From positions 20,190-84,189 of IMG/VR virus record IMGVR_UViG_3300030372_000386: a stretch of 64,000 nucleotides of DNA; one strand, given 5' to 3'. This document shows, piece by piece, positions 46,884 through 54,569 of this stretch (the first letter of the stretch is position 1; each line of letters opens with the position of its first letter). Under the pieces are notes generated by a model. That model worked only from the letters and a program-made list of their open reading frames with translations. It was not told where the DNA came from and did not search any database. Origin of the DNA: a virus. Its lineage: Duplodnaviria; Caudoviricetes. The position numbers and the translations under genes are program-made.

Positions 46884-48742
46884 TATATTTCCTCCGTCTC
46901 ACCCCAGTTTGGTCCAAGCTCTGTATCTACTACAAGAGGAACAGCAAGTTCTACACAGTTTTCCATAATTCTTGAAACTTTAGCTGCTTGTTCATTATCC
47001 TCTATAGATATATCGACTTCGTCATGTACTTGTACGTGAGGAACTATTCCTTCCTCCCATAGACCTAACATTGCTAATTTAGTCATATCTGCTGCAGAAC
47101 CCTGAATCAATCTATTTAGGGCTTTATATGTAAAAGATCTTTTTAATGTATCACCGTATTTAATTTTAGCTTCCTCTAGAGGTAGGGGAACGCTTTTATC
47201 ATATTTATGTTCCCACAGATCGAAATGACACCTACGACCTGCGAGAGTTCTTATATAACCTCTATCGAGAGCCACACGGGTACAGTGATCCTGTATGCCT
47301 CTTATAAAAGGTACTTTTTCATGATACTGAGCGAGTAGAGTCTGAGCTTCAGCATCGTCTAATCCTAGTTCCCTAATAAGTTTTTCTTTACCCATTCCAT
47401 AACTAAGTCCTAAATTAATATTTTTAGCCTGTTTACGGGGTATTTTAGCCATATCCGCTACTATCTGATGGAAATCTGCGTTCTTATCTCTATAGGCTTT
47501 TACGGCGTCCTCAGCCCCTATTAATCCTAGTTGGTTAGCGTAATGTACCGTAAGTCTAGGTTCTTGTTGGGAGTAATCGAACACACCCCATTGACAGCCC
47601 TCCTCTGGTATAAAGATAGAGCGTATCAAGTTACCTATCTCTGGGTCACGAGCAGGCACTTGTTGTAAGTTAGGGTTGCTGTAGCTGAAACGACCACTAA
47701 CCGTGCCGCCTGAATCATTACGTAATGGGTGAGCTTCGGCATGGATTCTACCATTGTACGAATGTTCTGAAATCATTTTTTCTATAAATGTAGTTCTAGC
47801 TTTATTAAACTTTCTAGCTTGTACTATCATTTTAGGTAAGTCATGTTCGTGGTTTTCTAACCACTGTCTTTGAAAACTAGCCATACCTTTTTCAGTTCTA
47901 GGGTATGGTAGATTGTTTTTATCAAACACCTTTTGTAAAGATGCGTTAGCCCATAGGTTTACATCTTCCCCATATTTACGTTTTATTTCTACTAATAGCT
48001 TTTGTTCTTTTAACGATAAATCTTTACTGATTTTATCTGCTTTCTCTTCGTCTACTCTAACACCCCTCCACCTCATTTCTATTAATAAAGGAATTAATTT
48101 ACATTCTAAAGAATAGATTGACTCTAAGCCTTGTTGTTTAAGTTCTTCTTTTAATTTATGGTAAACCTTTAACGTAAGTGCTGCATCTTGCTCACCGTAC
48201 GGTCCAACATACTTAGAATTAAGTTTATACATTTCTGACTTAGGGTTGATACCCCAAGCCAAGGCAGCGTCTTGTAGTAACGACTCATCTTTTTTCTCTC
48301 CGCAATAAGTCTGTCCAAGTGAGTCAAGAGAGTAGGAGTATCGGTTTTCATCTACGATTGGAGCAGCAAACATAGTGTCAAGGATTTCACCCTTAACCTC
48401 CACTCCTTCTCTCCTTAACCACCCAACATCATATAAAGCGTTATGAAAAATTACTTCTCGTTTAGGAGAAGATAGAGTATTTTTCACCCACCGCAAGACA
48501 ACTGCCTCGTCAAGGTTGCCACCGCCTTCATGACGAATCGGAAAGTAACCTTTCCAATCTTTAGTAGCAACGCCCACTCCAACAATATGACCACGTCCTG
48601 TAGCCCATCCAGGACCAGACGTGAGTAAAAATGGGTCATACGTTTCTAAATCTACAGCGATACGTTCATCATCTGCAAACTTAGGAAAGATCTCTGGTAT
48701 TATCCAGTTACTTTCAGGAGCGAACATAGGAGACTGATGCAT
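46883..48742 (-). CDS. polA: Family A DNA polymerase, copy 2
   Basis: IAVDLETYDP; TVSGRFSYSNPNLQQVP; FDYSQQEPR; RKQAKNINLGLSYGMG; VQVHDEV. Confidence 0.96.
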   Translation of the reverse strand: MHQSPMFAPESNWIIPEIFPKFADDERIAVDLETYDPFLLTSGPGWATGRGHIVGVGVATKDWKGYFPIRHEGGGNLDEAVVLRWVKNTLSSPKREVIFHNALYDVGWLRREGVEVKGEILDTMFAAPIVDENRYSYSLDSLGQTYCGEKKDESLLQDAALAWGINPKSEMYKLNSKYVGPYGEQDAALTLKVYHKLKEELKQQGLESIYSLECKLIPLLIEMRWRGVRVDEEKADKISKDLSLKEQKLLVEIKRKYGEDVNLWANASLQKVFDKNNLPYPRTEKGMASFQRQWLENHEHDLPKMIVQARKFNKARTTFIEKMISEHSYNGRIHAEAHPLRNDSGGTVSGRFSYSNPNLQQVPARDPEIGNLIRSIFIPEEGCQWGVFDYSQQEPRLTVHYANQLGLIGAEDAVKAYRDKNADFHQIVADMAKIPRKQAKNINLGLSYGMGKEKLIRELGLDDAEAQTLLAQYHEKVPFIRGIQDHCTRVALDRGYIRTLAGRRCHFDLWEHKYDKSVPLPLEEAKIKYGDTLKRSFTYKALNRLIQGSAADMTKLAMLGLWEEGIVPHVQVHDEVDISIEDNEQAAKVSRIMENCVELAVPLVVDTELGPNWGETEEI

Positions 48743-49095
48743 TATTTCTTTTTCTTTCTAACAACCTTTACATTCTTTTTCTTAGGTTTCGGTGCTTTAC
48801 CGCCTACCCAAGCTTCATTAACATCAGGCGTAGATTTATCGTCAGATTTATACGTTCCTTTTTTAGTTCTAGCTCTTTTGGGCTGTTTAGGCTCCTCAAA
48901 CTTCGCTAACTCTACAGTAGCCTCTTCCATCTGTTTTGAAATAAGATCCTCTACTCCCTCCTTAACCATTTCCGATAAAACAGGGTTTTCTTTTTTACTT
49001 ATTACACCCTCTTCTATCTCTTCTTTAGTTAACTCTTGAGAGTCGTTATCTACTACTAATTTTGGTTTTCTTCTGAACCAGTCGAACCATCCCAT
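48742..49095 (-). CDS. Basic-tailed protein with RARxxxGxYxSDDxxTPxVNEA motif
   Basis: Homologous to 16950..17129. Confidence 0.6.
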   Translation of the reverse strand: MGWFDWFRRKPKLVVDNDSQELTKEEIEEGVISKKENPVLSEMVKEGVEDLISKQMEEATVELAKFEEPKQPKRARTKKGTYKSDDKSTPDVNEAWVGGKAPKPKKKNVKVVRKKKK

Positions 49096-49412
49096 GACTC
49101 TTCCTCCATATTTTCATTAATATCACCTGAGTTGTTTAAGATATATTCTTCAACAAGTATCAAGTATCTACGTAAGTCTCTAATATCATCGAGTAAGCCA
49201 GCCTCACCTTTAAAAGCTTCGCCCGCTTCAAATACATCCCAACCATGTCGCTGAGATTGATGCTCGATCCTATCGAACTTACGTGCCAACATCATGAAAG
49301 CACCCACGCCACCGCGTCGCCTCCACGAATCTCCATAAGACTCTTCAGCTTTTTTCAAAGCTTGTAAGTCTAACTGCGCTATATCGCGCATATTTTCCCA
49401 CTTATTTTCCAT
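49056..49412 (-). CDS. Nmad1/DUF1599-like all-alpha (MazG/dUTPase-type) nucleotide pyrophosphohydrolase, candidate dTTPase
   Basis: YGDSW..RG..G...MLARKFDR...LDDIRDLRRYLIL; adjacent to the hydroxymethylase. Confidence 0.7.
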   Translation of the reverse strand: MENKWENMRDIAQLDLQALKKAEESYGDSWRRRGGVGAFMMLARKFDRIEHQSQRHGWDVFEAGEAFKGEAGLLDDIRDLRRYLILVEEYILNNSGDINENMEEESWDGSTGSEENQN

Positions 49413-50451
49413 CGTTTCCTCCTTCGTTATTAAGTGTCCAAGATAAATCTCTCTTTTTAATCCAATCGAAACAAGCTGTCATCCAGTCGTTCGGTAGAAT
49501 TCTCATAACCTCTTTATAGGCTAATTCATAATCTCTCTTTTTATGTGCGTTAAATGTTTTAACCATGGGTACAGCTATATTTTTAAATGCTGGGTTGTCC
49601 CATGTGTCGTCGTCATACGACGGCATATCCTCTGGGTGAATATTAAAAAACCTATCTAACTCCCAATCAAATACTTCAGGCTTAGTAATAAAATTCGTAT
49701 ACGCAATACCGTCTAATGTATCGTAAGGATTTTTTAAACTAGAGTACGTCCATGGATCTATCTCCACGCCTTTTACTCTCTCCCAAACTTCGTTATGGTA
49801 TACGTGAAAGCTATCACTAACTTGTCTATATGTGCCCATACTGATTTCTAAATGACCTGCGATATATTCTTGTAACATAGACATATGTACTGCGTTCGCA
49901 CCGTAAGCTCCCCAAAGCATATCATTAGAACGGTTACAAACCGTCATGTGTAATTGCTTATCTCGTATCTTAAAATAGATACTTGTATTACACGGCACGT
50001 CTTTACTGTTCCTTCCAAGGTCTTTATTAGCGTCCCACATCTGTAAAACACAGCGTCTATCGTCGGGATTATTTCGTAACATTTCTATAACCATTTTAAT
50101 CTGGTCTTTATGGAAATAACTGCGCCACCTCCAACCGTACGCTCCCCATAAAGTTTCTCCGTCATCAGAAAAGTTCTCCATAGATTTAACATATCGAGTT
50201 AAAGGGGCTAAATCTTTACGCCCCGCTAACATCCATAAACCCTCTATAAAATGGAAGAAAGGGTTAGCGTCTCTTATCTTTAGAAGCAACACTCTCTCCC
50301 AAGGCTTTTCGTACACCGTAGTCACAGGCTCAAGTGCCTCGTATGTTGTTCCGTTTCTACTTTCTTGTTCACGAAAGTTACGAGGATCTTGAAATAAATC
50401 CAGTCCTAATAAAAAAGCATCGTTTACATTTCTAGCTTTTATTACTTTCAT
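49402..50451 (-). CDS. Thymidylate-synthase-fold dUMP hydroxymethylase-like protein
   Basis: SRNG, NPFF...EGLWMLAGR, catalytic DVPCN, RSNDMLWGAYGAN (Asn at the uracil-specificity position; pattern as recalled for SPO1-type dUMP hydroxymethylases), SFHVY. Confidence 0.82.
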   Translation of the reverse strand: MKVIKARNVNDAFLLGLDLFQDPRNFREQESRNGTTYEALEPVTTVYEKPWERVLLLKIRDANPFFHFIEGLWMLAGRKDLAPLTRYVKSMENFSDDGETLWGAYGWRWRSYFHKDQIKMVIEMLRNNPDDRRCVLQMWDANKDLGRNSKDVPCNTSIYFKIRDKQLHMTVCNRSNDMLWGAYGANAVHMSMLQEYIAGHLEISMGTYRQVSDSFHVYHNEVWERVKGVEIDPWTYSSLKNPYDTLDGIAYTNFITKPEVFDWELDRFFNIHPEDMPSYDDDTWDNPAFKNIAVPMVKTFNAHKKRDYELAYKEVMRILPNDWMTACFDWIKKRDLSWTLNNEGGNDGK

Positions 50452-50669
50452 ATTGAATCTTGGTACGCACTTGTTATTTCGTTAATTAAAAAACCTATCT
50501 CTTGCTCACTTAGTTGAGGCAGTTTCTTTTTGAGAAACCCCACTGCCATTTCATAACTTGCAGCGACCTTTAAATAAAAGGCTACTTCTAAAAACTGTGT
50601 GTAATATATGTCTACTATATCGCCATATTGCTCTAATAAATCAATGGCTACATCGCTCATTCCGCCCAT
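50448..50669 (-). CDS. Small hypothetical protein
   Basis: Strong RBS; inside the modification cassette. Confidence 0.55.
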   Translation of the reverse strand: MGGMSDVAIDLLEQYGDIVDIYYTQFLEVAFYLKVAASYEMAVGFLKKKLPQLSEQEIGFLINEITSAYQDSI

Positions 50670-50681
50670 GTTTTCTCCTTT

Positions 50682-51563
50682 CTATTCTTCTACCAACGGT
50701 AGTTCTTTATTATATTTATAAACACTTCGTGTTCGACCCTCTTCGTTTAGTATCCGAGAGTATTTATCGAATTCACAAAGCCCTCCTTCTATTTCCCTCA
50801 TCTCAAACCGACTTAAATCGATTAAGTTAGAGTTAAGTCTTTCGCGAGATATTTCCCACAAATTACGCATCTCATCATTCCATGGATGAGTACGCCTTGA
50901 AAAATCTAAATCTCTTCCTGCTAATCTATTGAGCCCTCGCATCGCCCCTGGACCAGCATTAGCCCATGTCAAAATATCTTTAGCGTCTCGTAGTAAATAG
51001 GTGTGTCGTAAATCAGTTATAACTTCGTACGCCATGAATGGACCCATGTACGGATAGTCCCGCAAAATCTCCCAAGATTTTTCTAACGATTCCGTAGCTA
51101 GTATTTGGTCTACGAGTTTTTCTCTATCTCCCCACATATGGGATATACACTCTGCTACGCCCGTAACTTTATCCATACGGTTAGGTGTTTTAATAATGTA
51201 GGCACCTGTTATCCATTGATCTTGTTTCGTTATTTCTTCTATAGCTTTCTTTCTATCCCACTCAATATGTAAGTTATGGCGTACTAAAGTTCTCCCTGTT
51301 TCTATAAAATTAAACCAACGAAAAATTACAGTAGCCATTAACACTTCAGGATCATCCCGCCATACATTACGTATGTGTCGTTTAAACCAACGAGTCGTCC
51401 TATCTTCTTCTCGAAATACCTGACAAAATTTAAACTTTTGTAGTATAAGGTCATCTGTCCACGGTGGCTCGTGTTGTAATACTTCTTTATTAATACGTAT
51501 GGTTTCCCTTTCATGTATCCAATAAAAGTATAAGTCGAGCCTATCCCGTAGTTCTTGAATCAC
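50682..51563 (-). CDS. aGPT-Pplase1 / 5-hmdU DNA kinase helical-domain family protein
   Basis: YFYWIHERE.IR...PPWTDD.ILQ.FKFCQVFREEDRTT.W, IFRWFN, GAYII, GPFMAYEVITDL, GPGAMRGL, EIEGGLCEFDKY. Confidence 0.82.
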   Translation of the reverse strand: MIQELRDRLDLYFYWIHERETIRINKEVLQHEPPWTDDLILQKFKFCQVFREEDRTTRWFKRHIRNVWRDDPEVLMATVIFRWFNFIETGRTLVRHNLHIEWDRKKAIEEITKQDQWITGAYIIKTPNRMDKVTGVAECISHMWGDREKLVDQILATESLEKSWEILRDYPYMGPFMAYEVITDLRHTYLLRDAKDILTWANAGPGAMRGLNRLAGRDLDFSRRTHPWNDEMRNLWEISRERLNSNLIDLSRFEMREIEGGLCEFDKYSRILNEEGRTRSVYKYNKELPLVEE

Positions 51564-52429
51564 TTTTTAACAAGCCTCCACGCACAGTTGTTAGCGACCT
51601 CAGGGTAAAATACCGCCGCCGCCATTCTTAAAAACTGTTTACCGAAACGTTCTTGTAACGTTATAAGTTGTTCCATACTCCATCCAGTGTGGGTTATTCG
51701 GTCATAGTCTTTGGTATAGTTATCCTCATGCATGGCTTTCTTTAATTTAGGCATTTGTATAAACGTACCTGTTACTGCCTCTATACGGAAGTTTCTTTCT
51801 AGTTCTTCTTTTAGTTCTTGAAAGCCCCACTCATAGACATGATCCTCGGGCAACTTATCGTTAGAGCCGTCATGGTTAGGCGTTGATATATAAGCAATAG
51901 CATCAGGTCGCATAACCCTTGCCGCCTCATCAAGCCAAGCGGGGACAAACTCTCTGCCCATGTGTTCAATAACTTCTGTCGACCAAAAGAAGTCTATACT
52001 TTCATCGGGTAAGTCTAGTATCGGATTAGTTGTTAAATCCTGTATACGTATCTCGCCGTTAAAATTCTTAAACCATGTAGATTCTTCTAGTTCTCCCCCA
52101 CCGTTCGACCAAAAAGGGTTTTCTAATTGACACGCTGGATCGATATCGTACCCGTAATAAGAACGGATAACATCAGACTTTTTAATAACATAAGCCTTAT
52201 ACAACACTCTTAATGACCAACACTCACCACAACCTATTTCTAAAGTATCTAATGGTCTACCTAATAATTTAGATTCTTCTATAGCCAAACTAGCTATTTT
52301 ATCGAATCTACTCATATGGGCTAATTCATCAGGTCGCCAGTTTCCTAACACACCTGCAGAAGCTAAATCCATCCGAGTGTTTTTGCTATCGTTTTCGTTA
52401 ACTTTTAATTTTCGTCTTATAGATGACAT
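51560..52429 (-). CDS. Class I SAM-dependent methyltransferase (small-molecule type)
   Basis: LEIGCG motif I, YYGYDID, IDFFWSTEVIEHM, YISTPNH. No DPPY/NPPY or PC DNA-MTase motif seen. Confidence 0.85.
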   Translation of the reverse strand: MSSIRRKLKVNENDSKNTRMDLASAGVLGNWRPDELAHMSRFDKIASLAIEESKLLGRPLDTLEIGCGECWSLRVLYKAYVIKKSDVIRSYYGYDIDPACQLENPFWSNGGGELEESTWFKNFNGEIRIQDLTTNPILDLPDESIDFFWSTEVIEHMGREFVPAWLDEAARVMRPDAIAYISTPNHDGSNDKLPEDHVYEWGFQELKEELERNFRIEAVTGTFIQMPKLKKAMHEDNYTKDYDRITHTGWSMEQLITLQERFGKQFLRMAAAVFYPEVANNCAWRLVKK

Positions 52430-52457
52430 ATTTTCTCCTTTCTAATATACACATTTA

Positions 52458-52489
52458 ATTATCCTTTACTTTTAGTTGCAAAGTAAAGA
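52458..52489 (-). promoter_or_regulatory. Promoter for the modification cassette
   Basis: TTTACT-18 nt-GATAAT, then AGAAAGGAGAAA RBS before the methyltransferase. Confidence 0.6.
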
Positions 52490-52494
52490 AGTTT

Positions 52495-53991
52495 TTATAT
52501 TTGAAAGCATCTTGTTGTAGTAGGTTCTATCAAATATAAATTCTCTTTTGCCCTAGTAAGCCCAACATAAAACACCCTGTTTTCGTCGTCAGGGTTTTGT
52601 TGATATGTTTTATAAACTCTATTAGTTATATCTGTTAATAAAACTACGTTTGTAGCTTCGCCACCTTTAGCGGCATGTATGGTAGATAAACGTATTCTAG
52701 GTTCTTTCGTAATTTTTTCTCCTCTTCGTAACATAGCCCGTATATAACTAACCTCTTTAGGAGTTAAAGAAGTAAGGGCATCGTACCAATCTCCATCAGG
52801 TAGTTCGGGAAAACGTTCCTTTAAATCGGCTAGCGTCATCATCGCGTCAATTTCTAAAACATCTAGGGAGTTTACCTTACGGACTTTTATAAATTTTAAC
52901 AGATTGACGCATTCTGATAGGGGTAAACTATCTCCTTTCCTTAAAATCTGCCAATTTAACACAGCTTTTATTTTTGTATCAGAAATACTAGGTCTGCCTT
53001 TAACTTCAAAAAACCATCCTTCGTTTCTACAATAATCATCGATTTGTTCTAATAAATAATTTGTTCTAGCTAATACTAACCAATCACCTTTTTCCATATT
53101 AATAAGTTCGATAGACGGTTCCCACCTAACTAATCCTGTTTGTTTCCTAGGAAGCCATGCCTTATGAATCCTGGATCGTACTTGATTAATACATCGACTA
53201 GCTAATTCATGAACCGCTGACGGTATACGGTAAGATTGTTCTAAGATCATTGCATCTTTAGAGTTTTGTATTAAATAATCTACGTCTGCACCTGCCCACT
53301 TATAAATAGCTTGGTCATCATCTCCTGCCACATATACACGGTCAGCATACTGAATAATCTTACGAACCACTGCCCACTGTAATGGAGATAAATCTTGAGC
53401 TTCATCTACAAAAACTGCATCTAATTTAGGCACATCGCCTTTTTCTAAAAACAGTTTTAGCATATCCGTATAATCCACTAATAATCTATCTTGTTTAAAT
53501 AAGTCTAACCCTCTTGCATATCGTTCTAATTCGAACCAACCTACTGCATCCTCTACATCGTGCCATTGATCTTTTAAATCTACTTGTCTCATACGGGATA
53601 GATTTTCTATAAAAGCTAAACGATCATCGTGGCTCATTCCAAATAAATGTCCTGAGTCTGTACCCGCTCCGCCTGTTAATCTTAAATTAAGAACTTGATT
53701 TAATTCTCTTATATCTTTTAAATCCATAACGCTTTCTTTAGAAAGACCTAATTGTCTAAACGCTAAAGAATGGAGCGTACGGAAAAACGGTAAATCTTTA
53801 CGAGTTAGTTCAAATTTATCCATAGCTCGTTGTTTACCTTCATTAACCGCTTTTTTAGTGAACGTAAAAAATCCTATCCTAGTAGGCTCTGTACCTTTTT
53901 CTAATTCATCTTCTATAAGACCTAACAATGTGCTCGTCTTGCCTGTTCCTGGTGGTCCAAGAATAACTTGTGTATGGTCAGGCAGTGTCAT
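52495..53991 (-). CDS. SF1 UvrD/Rep-like DNA helicase, copy 2
   Basis: GPPGTGKT, VDEAQDL, GDDDQAIY, QSYRIP, STIHAAKGGE, FYVGLTRAK. Confidence 0.95.
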   Translation of the reverse strand: MTLPDHTQVILGPPGTGKTSTLLGLIEDELEKGTEPTRIGFFTFTKKAVNEGKQRAMDKFELTRKDLPFFRTLHSLAFRQLGLSKESVMDLKDIRELNQVLNLRLTGGAGTDSGHLFGMSHDDRLAFIENLSRMRQVDLKDQWHDVEDAVGWFELERYARGLDLFKQDRLLVDYTDMLKLFLEKGDVPKLDAVFVDEAQDLSPLQWAVVRKIIQYADRVYVAGDDDQAIYKWAGADVDYLIQNSKDAMILEQSYRIPSAVHELASRCINQVRSRIHKAWLPRKQTGLVRWEPSIELINMEKGDWLVLARTNYLLEQIDDYCRNEGWFFEVKGRPSISDTKIKAVLNWQILRKGDSLPLSECVNLLKFIKVRKVNSLDVLEIDAMMTLADLKERFPELPDGDWYDALTSLTPKEVSYIRAMLRRGEKITKEPRIRLSTIHAAKGGEATNVVLLTDITNRVYKTYQQNPDDENRVFYVGLTRAKENLYLIEPTTTRCFQI

Positions 53992-54569
53992 AGCCCTGTC
54001 CTAAAAGTTAAATTAATCCTTTCGTTAACGCCACTTACTCTAGGTACAGCATGTGTTGCTGACATCTGAGAAGCTCCGTCAAAAATTATTACATCGCCGT
54101 GTCTTAATATATAAGACCTGAACTTGCTTATGTCCACCCCCTCGGTGTTTATTTCGCTAGTATCAGTTCTATCTTTAATATTTCCAGCGTACTGCCTCCA
54201 ATTAAATACTCGTGGCTCTCCGAAAGAGATAGAGACAACAAGGTCATCTTCTGTAGGAACAGTATCTGAATGATAAGGAACGCCTACTTGACCATTTTTA
54301 TAAAGACCACATAAACAAAAGGTAAACTCAACTTCACGTCCTGTAACTCTTTTAGTATATTCCTCTGCACCTTGTTTAATCCATGTCATATTTTTACTCC
54401 ACGGATCAGGTTCATATAACTTACCCGCATATTCAAAAGAAGATAAGCCATAAGCCCTTGTTGGTCTACCTACGACAGGTTTTCCATTAAATATTCTTTC
54501 TACTGGGTTATCCCATTTTTCGATATACGGCATATAATCTTTCATGCCTCCTCTCATATAAGTCATCAT
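53988..54569 (-). CDS. AlkB-family 2OG-Fe(II) dioxygenase
   Basis: YHSD (HxD), VSISFGEPRVF, LRHGDVIIF, THAVP, RINLTFR. Confidence 0.9.
   Translation of the reverse strand: MMTYMRGGMKDYMPYIEKWDNPVERIFNGKPVVGRPTRAYGLSSFEYAGKLYEPDPWSKNMTWIKQGAEEYTKRVTGREVEFTFCLCGLYKNGQVGVPYHSDTVPTEDDLVVSISFGEPRVFNWRQYAGNIKDRTDTSEINTEGVDISKFRSYILRHGDVIIFDGASQMSATHAVPRVSGVNERINLTFRTGL

Noticed and set aside
1118-48742. Inteins or introns in PolA, TerL or helicases
   Set aside because: The two PolA are 622 and 619 aa and collinear; no insertion or homing-endonuclease motif was seen.
49402-50451. Ordinary ThyA or a dCMP hydroxymethylase
   Set aside because: RSND-x2-WG-x3-AN and the neighbouring Nmad1 and aGPT-Pplase1 genes fit dUMP hydroxymethylase better; the Asp expected for dCMP specificity is absent. 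Not excluded without an assay.
51560-52429. Restriction-evading DNA adenine or cytosine methyltransferase
   Set aside because: No DPPY/NPPY or PC catalytic motif seen; the layout resembles small-molecule class I methyltransferases.
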